Under the pieces are notes generated by a model that was not told where the DNA came from, did no database searches, and was given only the letters and a program-made list of their open reading frames with translations. From Candidatus Xenobia bacterium (GTDB lineage: Bacteria > Vulcanimicrobiota > Xenobia > Xenobiales > QWHO01): DNA of 64,000 bases. A program made the position numbers and the translations under genes. The stretch lies in assembly GCA_045863235.1 (NCBI GenBank), contig BTUM01000021.1:1-64000 (forward strand), given 5' to 3'. Below are positions 37,580 through 47,008 of the stretch, one piece after another; the stretch's first letter is position 1; every line of letters starts with the position of its first letter.

Positions 37580-38219
37580 CCTTTCCAAGCTGCAGGCGGA
37601 CTTCTTGCGGGCCTGGTTTACTCGCTCCAGCGAATTCTTTCTGACCGGCGGCGGGGCACTGGTCGGTTACCTGGGCGCCCCGCGGACGACGGATGACCTG
37701 GATCTTTTTACCGACCTGCCCGAGGCCTTCGAGCAGGTCGATCGCCTGGTCGGAGAGGTATGCCGCGAGGTTGGTGCCACTGCTCGAGGCCTGAGGAGCA
37801 CACCCGAGTTTCGTCGCTACCGGATCGCACGGGCTGACGAGAGCAGCGTTCTGGATCTGGTTCTGGACCGGGTCCCTCAACTTTCACCCGACAAAGACCT
37901 GCGTGACGGCGTACGATTGGATTCTCCGACCGAGCTCCTGGTCAACAAGCTCTGTGCCCTGGTGAGCAGGTCGGAGCCACGTGACTTTGTAGACGTGTGG
38001 TTCTTGTGCCAGCAGGGCCTCGACCGGGAGCAAGCTTTGCGAGACTGCGCCCGCAAGGACAGTGGCGTCGGCCCGGACACCTTGCTCTGGATCTTGCGTG
38101 ACCTGAGCTGGGACCAGTTCACGGTGCCAGGAGTCAGCCAGGAAGTGGTGGACGCCACCGCCGACTTCTTTCGAGCCTGGGCGGAGGAGCTGGCGCTGGG
38201 TCTCTATCCTCGGTCCTAG
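37566..38219 (+). CDS. AbiEii/AbiGii-family nucleotidyltransferase toxin
   Basis: FFLTGGGAL...RTTDDLDLF and NKLCALVSRSEPRDFVD motifs. Confidence 0.85.
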   Translation: MSAGSLSKLQADFLRAWFTRSSEFFLTGGGALVGYLGAPRTTDDLDLFTDLPEAFEQVDRLVGEVCREVGATARGLRSTPEFRRYRIARADESSVLDLVLDRVPQLSPDKDLRDGVRLDSPTELLVNKLCALVSRSEPRDFVDVWFLCQQGLDREQALRDCARKDSGVGPDTLLWILRDLSWDQFTVPGVSQEVVDATADFFRAWAEELALGLYPRS

Positions 38220-40558
38220 CTACCCCTCCGCTTGTTGATGCGGATGCCGCCCACCACCACGGTCTGCTGCGTCTCCTGAACGCCCGTCTGGGTGCTCTCG
38301 ACGGAGAGCATCAGGTGGCGCGACTTCTCGCCGTCCTGGGTGATCAGGAACGATTGCAGGAACTTGTCGGTCAGCTCGCGGGTCGTCGCCGGGTTGCCGC
38401 CGGCCTGGGCCTGGCGGATCCAGGCGAAGGTGGGGGCCGCTTCCTCGGGTTTTCCGAGCTGGCTCACGCCGTGCAGCAGGGCACCGTAGTCGGTGGCCAC
38501 CTGCTCCAGGCTCTGCTCGGGACGGCGACCGATCAGCAGGGTCAGGTAGTCGAGCAAGACGTCGGGATGGCCCTGGCCGCCGCGCTGGCTGACCAGCTGA
38601 TCGACCACGGCCAGGTTCTTCTCCACCAGGTCGGCCGGCACGCCCTCCAGGAGAGCCTGGCCGCGGCGGGCGGTGGGCACGTCGCGGGTGGCCCCGAGCA
38701 AGCGCACGAAGGTGCGCTGCTCGTCGGCCTTCATGCCCTCCAGGGTCTGGCTGGCTTCATTGACGGCCGACCAGTTGTCCAGGATCTTGTCCAGCTCTTC
38801 GCGGGTGACCGTGACCGGGTCGCCCGCGGTGGGCTGCTGGGGTGGCGTCTGGGTGGGGCTCTTGAGGAAGGCGTCCACCTTCTGCTCGAGCTCGGCCGGG
38901 GAGCTGGACTGGCTGCGCAGGGCGGCGAACGTCGGCCCCGCCTGCTCGACCTGGCCGCGCTCGGCCATCGCGCTGGCCAGGCGGCTGAAGGTGGCGGCCT
39001 GGCGGGCCAGGTCCTCCGGGCCGTTGGAGAAAGCCGCCAGCATCGCAAAGTCGACCAGCAGGTCCTGGGCCCGGGCGCTGGAGGAAAGGTGGTCCACCAC
39101 GCCCAGGAACGAGTCGTAGGCCGGGCCCGAGAGACCGCCCATGATGGCGTTCAGGCGGGCGGCCCGCTCCACGTCGCCGACCCCGGTAGCCAGGCGCAGG
39201 AAGCGTTCTTTGGCCTGGGGGTCGATGGCCCGGGCGGTGAGATGCTCGACCGCTTTGCGCGACTCGCCCAGGGTGAACTTGGTCAGCAGCCGATCCAGAG
39301 CGGGGGCATCCTGGGTGCGCGAGAGAATGCTCACCAGGGCCTCGGAGTTCTCCCAGCTCGAGCCGCCGTTCTTCTTGCTGGCCTCGGCCCAGCGTCCCAT
39401 GGCCTGGCCGGCCTCCTGGACGCTGGGGAAGGCGCCTGCGTCGGCCAGCGCCAGCATGCCGTTGAACAGCCCTTCGGCCTGGCCTTTGTAGAGAGTATCG
39501 GCCTGGTAGGCCGGTCCCAGAGACTCTTCGTAGATGCGGGTGAGGTCCTTGGACTCCTTGAGGAAGTCGTCCACGCTGATGCCGCGGGCCGGATCCATGC
39601 GGAAGGCGATGCCGTCGTGCCAGAGGTTGATCCCCTGGCCGGCGCGCAGCTCGTCGTAAGCTTTCAGGCTCTCGAGCTGCCAGAAGGCATCCTTGTCGCC
39701 GGGGGCCGAGTAGCCCCGGATGCTGCCCAGGCCGGCGTCGGAGACGAACTTCTCGCCGCTGATTTTCTCGGCCAGGGCAGGGTCCTCGAGCTGATCGAGG
39801 TTCTCGCGCAGCACCCAGTTGCGCAGGCGCCCCACCTTGTCCAGAGGCACCTCGCTGGCCAGGCTGCTCGACTTGCCCTGAACCGAGACGTTGCCGACCT
39901 GAGCCGGATTCTCGATGTAGCTGAGAACCGACTCGGTCTTCTCGATCCTCCAGCCCTTCTTCTCCAGGTCGCGCAGGGCTTGGAGCACCGGGCGGGCATT
40001 GGCCACCGGGTAGCGGGCCGGGTCGGATTTGACGGTCTTGTAGAGGTCGCGTACGGGTGACTGGCGGTCCCGGGCCTGAAACTGCATCATCTTGTGGGCC
40101 AGCACGCCCAGCTGCAGGCCAGCGGGGGCCAGGACGAGAGCCGGGTGGAAGCCCAAACTGGCGCCGGTCATGTAGCCGCCCACCCCACCGGCCACGGCTC
40201 CCAGGATGAGTCCGCCCTGGGTGATCGCGCCCATCTTGTGCTTGCTGCCGCGGGCCAGCTTGAAGACGAGGTCGGTCAGGCCCCCCACCACGACGCCGCC
40301 GATGGCGCCCACGGGCACTCCGATAGCGGCCCCCAGCACTCCCGTGGCGGCCGGACCGAGGTGGTCGAGCAGCACGCCGAGTCCCAACCCGAGGCCGCCG
40401 CCGACCACGGTAGCGGCTCCCGAATACTTGCGCATCAGCATGTCGGTGCGGGTGGGCAGCTCGTAGTTGTCGAGGGGCTCGGTGGCGGCGCTCGCGGCTT
40501 TATTGGCGGCGCTGGCCACCGAACGGGAAAAATGCGGGATGGCAGGCTGAACCAGCAT
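38216..40558 (-). CDS. Hypothetical 780-aa protein with glycine-zipper membrane segments and a helical tandem duplication
   Basis: GGAGG SD; GxxxG-rich hydrophobic helices near the N-terminus; strong GC3 codon bias; no Sec signal. Confidence 0.8.
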   Translation of the reverse strand: MLVQPAIPHFSRSVASAANKAASAATEPLDNYELPTRTDMLMRKYSGAATVVGGGLGLGLGVLLDHLGPAATGVLGAAIGVPVGAIGGVVVGGLTDLVFKLARGSKHKMGAITQGGLILGAVAGGVGGYMTGASLGFHPALVLAPAGLQLGVLAHKMMQFQARDRQSPVRDLYKTVKSDPARYPVANARPVLQALRDLEKKGWRIEKTESVLSYIENPAQVGNVSVQGKSSSLASEVPLDKVGRLRNWVLRENLDQLEDPALAEKISGEKFVSDAGLGSIRGYSAPGDKDAFWQLESLKAYDELRAGQGINLWHDGIAFRMDPARGISVDDFLKESKDLTRIYEESLGPAYQADTLYKGQAEGLFNGMLALADAGAFPSVQEAGQAMGRWAEASKKNGGSSWENSEALVSILSRTQDAPALDRLLTKFTLGESRKAVEHLTARAIDPQAKERFLRLATGVGDVERAARLNAIMGGLSGPAYDSFLGVVDHLSSSARAQDLLVDFAMLAAFSNGPEDLARQAATFSRLASAMAERGQVEQAGPTFAALRSQSSSPAELEQKVDAFLKSPTQTPPQQPTAGDPVTVTREELDKILDNWSAVNEASQTLEGMKADEQRTFVRLLGATRDVPTARRGQALLEGVPADLVEKNLAVVDQLVSQRGGQGHPDVLLDYLTLLIGRRPEQSLEQVATDYGALLHGVSQLGKPEEAAPTFAWIRQAQAGGNPATTRELTDKFLQSFLITQDGEKSRHLMLSVESTQTGVQETQQTVVVGGIRINKRRGS

Positions 40559-40592
40559 GGGATGACCCTCCGATTGGGCTTTTGGATCGAAG

Positions 40593-41408
40593 CTAGCTCA
40601 GAGGACTGAACAAGGTCTGAAAGTCGGAGAAAGCGCGCATGGCCGCACCCACGGCCGGGGCAGCCCGGTGCTGCGAGCCCACCAGCTCAACTTTGGAGCG
40701 GACCGGGAACAGCTCGGCGAAGGGCCCCTCGAGCAGGCGGCCGTAACGTTGGCCGAGCACAATGCGCTCGACCCTGAGATCGCGCAGCTGGAGAAACTCG
40801 GTCATGTCCCGGGCCGCCTGCAGCAAAATCTGGCAGGCCAGGGCGTCGCCTCCCAGGGCTTCCTCTTCCAGACTGGGCCGGGGGTCACGGCCCTTCTCGG
40901 CGCGGAAGGCCGCGTTCCAGGCCGAGGGGGCCAGCTTCCCCTCCCAGCCCAGCTCCCAGGCGCGCGGCGCGATGGGCCCGGCCACGCCGTCAGTGAGAAG
41001 TCCTTCCGAGACGCCGGTACCCCCGCCCAGATAGTAGCCCGAGCGCACCCCCACCAGCTTGCCGGGGGGAACGGTCTCGCCCAGCGCGGCCAGCTCGCCG
41101 TCCGAGCCCAACAGGCCGAGGTGCGCGTTAGCCGGGAGTTGCTCGGCCAGGCGGTCCAGGAAGTCGGGGCAGGGGGCGGCGTGGTTCAATCGCTCGATGC
41201 CGCGCCGGTCGATCGTCTTCACCCCGGGCATGGCAAAGCCCACCACCGTGGGCCCCTGGATGAAGCCTCGCAGGAGCTCGGCGCAGACTTCGACCCAGTC
41301 GCGCCCGGCGTAGAGCTCTTCACAAGACTCGAGAATGGAAAAATTCTCAGGCGCGATGCGGTAAACGCGCACTCCGCTGGCCCCGCCATCGACTCCGATC
41401 AGGTTCAC
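40593..41408 (-). CDS. ROK-family/ASKHA sugar kinase-like protein
   Basis: IGVDGGAS, GFAMPG, SDGELAALGE, YLGGGTGVSEG, AVGAA. Confidence 0.7.
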   Translation of the reverse strand: MNLIGVDGGASGVRVYRIAPENFSILESCEELYAGRDWVEVCAELLRGFIQGPTVVGFAMPGVKTIDRRGIERLNHAAPCPDFLDRLAEQLPANAHLGLLGSDGELAALGETVPPGKLVGVRSGYYLGGGTGVSEGLLTDGVAGPIAPRAWELGWEGKLAPSAWNAAFRAEKGRDPRPSLEEEALGGDALACQILLQAARDMTEFLQLRDLRVERIVLGQRYGRLLEGPFAELFPVRSKVELVGSQHRAAPAVGAAMRAFSDFQTLFSPLS

Positions 41409-41440
41409 AGGCAGGAGTTTCCCCCTCGATCGGAGGACTT

Positions 41441-42115
41441 ATGAGCCCCGTGCGTCACCTCTGGCCCCTCTCGTTTCTCGCCCTGCTCAGCGTTCTCTCG
41501 TTGGGCTGGCTCGAGCGTCCCCCTGCCGCCAGGCCCGCGCCCGAATCCGACAGCTCTGGCCTGAGCCGCCTTCTTTCTCGCGGGCTGGTCCCCTACCGCA
41601 GCCTGCCCGAAGGCCAGCGCCGGGTGGAGCCGACCGATCCGGCCGCCGACAGCGAGGGGGCGGCCATGGTGTTCATCTTCCACCCCCCGGATGGCGGCAC
41701 GCCGCGTTACTACTACTCGCGCGGCGGCGAGAGTGAGCACGACCTCAGCGCCGTCATCGAGAGCGAGGCCGCCCGCCACGGCCTGGATCCGCGCCTGGTG
41801 GAGCTGGTCATCCGCCACGAGTCCAACTTCGACCCCTACGCCCACTCGCCGGCCGGAGCCCAGGGGTTGATGCAGCTGATGCCCGAGACGGCCGCTTCGC
41901 TGGGAGTAAGCGACCCCTTCGACCCGGCTCAGAACGTGGCCGGCGGCACTGCTTACCTGGCTGCTCAGCTCGAGCGCTTCCAGGACGTGCGGCTGGCCCT
42001 GGCCGCCTACAACGCCGGTCCGGGTGCCGTGGAGCGCCACGGCGGCGTGCCGCCTTATGCCGAGACCCAGAACTACGTTGCCTCCATCTGGAGAGACTAC
42101 ACGGGGGAGCCATGA
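41441..42115 (+). CDS. Soluble lytic transglycosylase (SLT domain), exported
   Basis: IRHESNFDP, GAQGLMQLMP, ALAAYNAGPG, ETQNYV. Confidence 0.93.
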   Translation: MSPVRHLWPLSFLALLSVLSLGWLERPPAARPAPESDSSGLSRLLSRGLVPYRSLPEGQRRVEPTDPAADSEGAAMVFIFHPPDGGTPRYYYSRGGESEHDLSAVIESEAARHGLDPRLVELVIRHESNFDPYAHSPAGAQGLMQLMPETAASLGVSDPFDPAQNVAGGTAYLAAQLERFQDVRLALAAYNAGPGAVERHGGVPPYAETQNYVASIWRDYTGEP

Positions 42116-42119
42116 TCGC

Positions 42120-43121
42120 ATGAAAAGGCTTGTCTACCTCATCCTCGGTGTCGCCCTGCTACTGGGCGCCCCGCGCTGCGGGGGACCGACCCCTCGCTTC
42201 ACCACCGTGGCCCTGGGCACCGAGGGAGGACTGGCCGAGGGCAACCTGACCAGCTTCCTTCTGGCCGAGAAGGGCACCACCGACTACCTCTGCCTGGATG
42301 CCGGCACGTTGCTCTCCGGCCTGCGTACCGCCAGATCAAAGGGCAGCTTCAAGGACGTCAAAGTGCCCGAAGACTCCAGGCTCTCGGTGGAAGGCCACGT
42401 GCTGCAGAAGTGCATCCGGGCTTATCTGATCTCGCACGCCCACCTCGACCATATCGCCGGCCTGGTGATCAACTCCACTGACGACGGGTCGCGCCCCATT
42501 CTGGGACTCGACCCCACCATCGACTACATGCGCGACCACGTCTTCAACTGGAAGCTGTGGCCCAACTTCGGGACCGAGGGGATGATGCCGCTGGGCAAGT
42601 ACACCTACCAGCGGGTGCGCTCGGGCCAGGAGTACCAGGTTGCCCAGTTCACCGTGAGGCCTTTTCAGCTCTGTCACGGCAACTGCTACCCTTCCACCGC
42701 CTTTTTGATCGGCTGCCAGGGCGACTACGCCCTCTACTTCGGCGACACCGGCCCCGATGGGGTCGAGCATGGCCAGCGCCTCAAAGCCGTCTGGGAGCAC
42801 GTGGCTCCGCTGGTGCGCGAGAAGAAACTGCGGGCCATCTTCCTGGAGGTGAGCTATCCAGACGGGCGCAAGGACGAGGAGCTGTTCGGTCACCTGACGC
42901 CCTCCTGGATGCTCAAGGAGCTGCACCAGCTGGCCGAGCTGGTGGACTCCAAGAAGCCGGCCAGGGCGCTGAGAGGACTGAAGGTGATCGTCACCCACAT
43001 CAAGCCCAGCCTGGAGGAAGGCCCGGGTCCGCGGACCCGGATCGCCGCTGAGCTGAAGGCTCAGAACGACCTGGGAGTGACCTTCATCCTGCCCGAGCCG
43101 GGCCAGCGCTTCGACTTTTAG
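42120..43121 (+). CDS. Class II 3',5'-cyclic nucleotide phosphodiesterase (CpdP-like), exported
   Basis: Signal peptide; LDAGT, ISHAHLDHIAGL, FNWKLWPNF, FGDTG, LFGHLTP, VTHIKP. Confidence 0.88.
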   Translation: MKRLVYLILGVALLLGAPRCGGPTPRFTTVALGTEGGLAEGNLTSFLLAEKGTTDYLCLDAGTLLSGLRTARSKGSFKDVKVPEDSRLSVEGHVLQKCIRAYLISHAHLDHIAGLVINSTDDGSRPILGLDPTIDYMRDHVFNWKLWPNFGTEGMMPLGKYTYQRVRSGQEYQVAQFTVRPFQLCHGNCYPSTAFLIGCQGDYALYFGDTGPDGVEHGQRLKAVWEHVAPLVREKKLRAIFLEVSYPDGRKDEELFGHLTPSWMLKELHQLAELVDSKKPARALRGLKVIVTHIKPSLEEGPGPRTRIAAELKAQNDLGVTFILPEPGQRFDF

Positions 43122-43184
43122 CGGGCAAAAACCGCAAACCTCGTTTTAGGCCGCCAGAATCGGTGGTCGGCGCACGACTGCCAG

Positions 43185-44717
43185 TCAGTTCGACAGCCCG
43201 ATGCCGGTGGTCGAGAGTTGCTCCGGTGAGAAAAGGTAATTCCCGGCGAGCTCGGCGCCCAGGCACGGGATGGGAAAGGCGAGCCGCAGGGCATCGCCGG
43301 GGGAGAGCCACCTCGGGAGGGCCAGTTGCCAGAACGAGCGCGCGCCCTGCCCGCCACCCTGGAAGTTCACCACCAGGTGGGCCGAGCTCGAGGCCTCGTG
43401 GCCGGCGTTGTCACGGGCGGTCACCACCATCAGGTAGCTTCCGTTGGCCACCTGCTGGCCGCTGGCATCGGTTCCGTCCCACACCAGCTCGAGGGCTCCG
43501 CTCGGGGCGGGCAGGTCCTGCACTGTCAGCACGGGTGAGCCCAGTGGCGGTCCACCCTGACCTCCGCGGTAGATGGAGTAGCTGAGGCTGGTGGGCGGAT
43601 TGGTGGCGGTGGCCCGCACCCTGGCCTGCTCGTTCTTGTGCGGCTTGACGTGCTTTGAGAGCACGTCAAGCTCCACGCTCAGCGGCTGGGAGGACGGCAC
43701 CACGAAGCTCCAGGTGGTGACCGTCTTGTTGCTGGGACTGATGGTGGGATCGTCGCCCACTGTCAGGGTGGCCGAGTGGGCTCCGGGCGCCAGGCCGGGT
43801 GGCAGCGGGTAGCGGATCGTGAGGATCTCGAAGTGCGGTCGGGTCGGATCGAGCGTCAGGTCGGTGTCGAACAGGAGCTGTCGGGTGACATCCTGTCCAT
43901 CGACAAGAAGCTGGATCTCCTCGATGTCGATCTGCTGCTGCCACATGTTGCCGTCTCCAGCCCGGATGACGAGCGAGCCATCGGCGACTTGGCCGGGCCC
44001 CGGCTGGAGCGAGAGGATGACGGGCGGGACATGCTCGGGCTCCATTCCCTGTGGCATAGGTGGCGCTCCGGGCAACCCCATCATTTGGACAACCAGAACG
44101 TGTGACTGGTCGCCGCCCTCGGTTCGAGGGAAAGCGCGGCGCAGAAAGCGCACGCTGTTCAGAAGCTCCACCGGGGGCGCGGAGCGACTTACCAACATCA
44201 AGGAATAGGCCTTGCAAGCGTACCAGCGGTAGTAACGTGGGAGAGAGTCCTCGGTGAAGGCGGGGTCGACCTGGCTCGAGGCCACCTGGTCGAGCGAGGG
44301 GGCACCAATCTCTGACAAAACCTGGTCGGTCGCCTCGCGATAGGAAAGACCGCGGTCTTGCAACTGGTGCCTGCGGGCGATGAACCAGTAGCTCGAGTTC
44401 GGGAAGCGCGCCACCACCTGATCGGTCTCCGACCGGGCCCGATCAAGCTGACCTGCTTGGTACCAGATGTTGGCCATGCGGATCCGGGCCGCGGCCTCAT
44501 AGCCGGTATTGGGATGTTCGACCGCAACTTGCTCATATTTGGCCATGGCCCCGTTCCAGTCGTGGACCTCTATTGAAGCGTTGGCGCTGGCGAAGATGGG
44601 CTCGCGAACCAGGGGACCGAAGTCGGAGTCATAGTCGGTCGTCTCGGGGAGTTGCCCCCAGACCGGCCGGATCAGGCCAGCAATGATCAAGAGCGCGAGC
44701 AGGAGTCTAAATCGCAT
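43185..44717 (-). CDS. Secreted protein with TPR-like N-terminus, Ig-like domain and FlgD-Ig domain
   Basis: AGGAGG SD, Sec signal; BamD/CpoB-like TPR (EHPNTGY, RFPNSSY); FlgD-Ig motif LVWDGTDASGQQVANGSYLMVVTARD. Confidence 0.75.
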   Translation of the reverse strand: MRFRLLLALLIIAGLIRPVWGQLPETTDYDSDFGPLVREPIFASANASIEVHDWNGAMAKYEQVAVEHPNTGYEAAARIRMANIWYQAGQLDRARSETDQVVARFPNSSYWFIARRHQLQDRGLSYREATDQVLSEIGAPSLDQVASSQVDPAFTEDSLPRYYRWYACKAYSLMLVSRSAPPVELLNSVRFLRRAFPRTEGGDQSHVLVVQMMGLPGAPPMPQGMEPEHVPPVILSLQPGPGQVADGSLVIRAGDGNMWQQQIDIEEIQLLVDGQDVTRQLLFDTDLTLDPTRPHFEILTIRYPLPPGLAPGAHSATLTVGDDPTISPSNKTVTTWSFVVPSSQPLSVELDVLSKHVKPHKNEQARVRATATNPPTSLSYSIYRGGQGGPPLGSPVLTVQDLPAPSGALELVWDGTDASGQQVANGSYLMVVTARDNAGHEASSSAHLVVNFQGGGQGARSFWQLALPRWLSPGDALRLAFPIPCLGAELAGNYLFSPEQLSTTGIGLSN

Positions 44718-46532
44718 TGACGTCCTCCTTCCTGGCGTCGGGCAGTTCGCGAAGCAGCTCCTTGCCGAACGGACTCAGGGGAATTTTTCCGAACTGTCTC
44801 GAGCCGATCGAGGTCCAGTAGAGTCGGTAGACTCGCCAGATCTCTCGATCTTCATTTAGCCTCTCATTGCTGGCCCAATCGGTTTTAAATTTAATGAAGT
44901 AGTAATAATCGTTCTCCAATGCGCAGGCATCGTCGCAGGTTCGGTCCGCGTTGGAGGCGTTGGCGAGCAGCCAGGCCATCGGTCGGGTCAAGCCCACGAT
45001 GGGATTCCCGTTCCGGTCCACGCCTTGACCTGCCAGGAATCTCTTGTAATCGATCAGGACCTGCCGGTCGGTGTTGACCGGCGGCAAAGGGAAATAGACG
45101 GGCGCCTCCGGCGGTTTGCCTCCATGGGGAGCCGGTGCGCCGTAGCCGAGAAGCAGCGAGCCAGAGGGCATGGACTCGTAGAAGGCCCGACCCGGGGCAG
45201 GATTCGCTGTGTCGAAGTTCTTGTAGTCGTTGAAGTTGCCCACGTCCAGGACCGAGCAACCCGCGAAGATGACCGTCCTGAGACCGTCATTCCAATCATC
45301 CGGGCTGAAGGTGACGCTCTTGTAACTCGAATATTTCGGGTCCGGGGCTGGATACGGCAGAAAGCCCCCGATCTCCGGGCGGATGAAGATCCTGGCAAAG
45401 TCCAGTCGTATTCCATGGTTGTGGTATCCCTCGCCGCTGAAGTAGAGGCTGGTGGCCTGGTTTTTCACCCTCAGCCAGCATCGTTTGGATGGAACGACTT
45501 TCCGGTAGGTCACGAGGAGGGTCTCAAATCCGGCCGCCCGGAAGCCATCCAATGAACAGGGAGTATCGAATTGGAATCGCTTCTCCTGAGTGGAACTTGT
45601 GGTGTCCTGTGAGTCGCGCGCCCACCCATACTGTTTCTCTTGCAACGCCAGTCGCCAGGCTTGATACTCCCGAGAGTCCTGCAGTTGCTCTCCCATACCG
45701 GACATATCGAAAAGTGTGAAACTATCACGCTTCTCTTCTATAAAGATTTTGTTATTCGTGCCCGGCATGGGAGTGCCAACGACTAGCGCCAGGCTGCCCT
45801 GGAACGTGGAGAGACCATTCTTGGTGCCGATTTTGCGGAGCACGACGTCAGCTCGTTGATTGCCGCTTAGCACGGCCTCGACCTCGATCTCCTCGAGCTG
45901 GCTGGGGACCTTCTTCAGCCGAACTGTGACTTGCTTGGACTGGCCTGCTCCGCGCAGAAGAAAGCTGTTGTTTGGCTTGTCCAGGCTCAGCTCGACCTCA
46001 GCCAGTGCCAGTGGACCCTCAGAGCCGGTACCCCCCGAGGCGGTCGCGCCAGCACCGCCGCCGGCAATCGCGGTCTCCTCGGCGGCCTCCGTGGAACTAG
46101 CCAGCGGCCTCGGGAGTGTAGGCGACGTAAGGCTGAGCGGTGCCCTGGAGCTGGTTGAGCACGTAATAGAGGGTCGCCTGGTTCTCGACCTGGTGAACGG
46201 TGAATTGGCGCAGGTGCGGAGAGTTGGTGTGACGAGGTTGGATCCGCTCGGGGCTGAGCTTGCGCGCCAGGATGGCGTTTCTCTGGGCTTCGGAGACGGC
46301 TGTGACGTCGAGAAAACCGCTGCGCACGTCGGCCGGGGTGATGAGGCTGAGGGAGACCGGAGTGGCTTTGAAGTTACCGCTTAGCCCCCCCCCCGAGGGT
46401 CGCATTGTCGGGACCGGCTCCGGAGCTCGAGGCGCCCGGCTCATTGCCTCCACACTGGAGAGCGAGCAGGCAGGCCACCAGGACCGCCAGAAGTCTTGCT
46501 CGGACCGGTTGATGCGCCCCACGGCTCTGCAT
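44707..46532 (-). pseudogene. Frameshifted lipoprotein gene (about 607 aa if repaired) with clan-CD peptidase-like C-terminal domain
   Basis: GGAGG + ATG 46532 + LLALQ|CGG lipobox. Frame breaks at the G10 tract 46385-46394 and again near 46100-46110. C-terminal LYFSGEG...VIFAGCSVL. Confidence 0.65.
46385..46394 (-). repeat. G10 homopolymer tract inside the lipoprotein 5' region
   Basis: Ten consecutive C on the plus strand; G9 or G12 restores the frame. Confidence 0.85.
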
Positions 46533-46717
46533 TCGACCTCCCCTGCCCCGAACTCGAGTTCTCAGGTTCTTCGACAGTCTCTATTGAATCGCTTTCCAGG
46601 CGTTGGAGGGTCAGGTCGTTCAATTTGGCCCGGCCGAGCGACCAAACACTTTTCTGAAGCGCGACCCTGACTTGAGTCATTGAAGCCTCGGTCACGTCGG
46701 CCCCCGCAACGTGCTCA

Positions 46718-46760
46718 TTGACCAGCGGCTCCACTTCGTGTATACATGGGCTATACGAAG
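46718..46760 (+). promoter_or_regulatory. mazEF promoter with overlapping operator-like palindrome
   Basis: TTGACC-N17-TATACA; TGTATACA palindrome and CTTCGT...ACGAAG inverted repeat over the -10 region. Confidence 0.6.
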
Positions 46761-46768
46761 GAGTATCC

Positions 46769-47008
46769 ATGTTGGCGAAAATTCAAAAGTGGGGGAACAG
46801 CCAGGGACTTCGGCTCTCCAAAGACGTTCTGGCACTGGCCGGGATCGCCGTGGGTGAGGAGGTGGAGGTAACGGTCAGCCCTGGCGAGATCGTGCTCCAC
46901 AGAAGACGTCCGAAGAGAAGCCTCGACGAACTCCTGGAAGCGATCCCGGAGGACTACAAACCTGGGGAGGTCGACTTCGGACCTCCTGCCGGTAAGGAGG
47001 CGTGGTAG
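46769..47008 (+). CDS. mazE: AbrB/MazE-family antitoxin
   Basis: KIQKWGNSQGLRL, SLDELL, GKEAW; AAGGAG SD. Confidence 0.93.
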   Translation: MLAKIQKWGNSQGLRLSKDVLALAGIAVGEEVEVTVSPGEIVLHRRRPKRSLDELLEAIPEDYKPGEVDFGPPAGKEAW

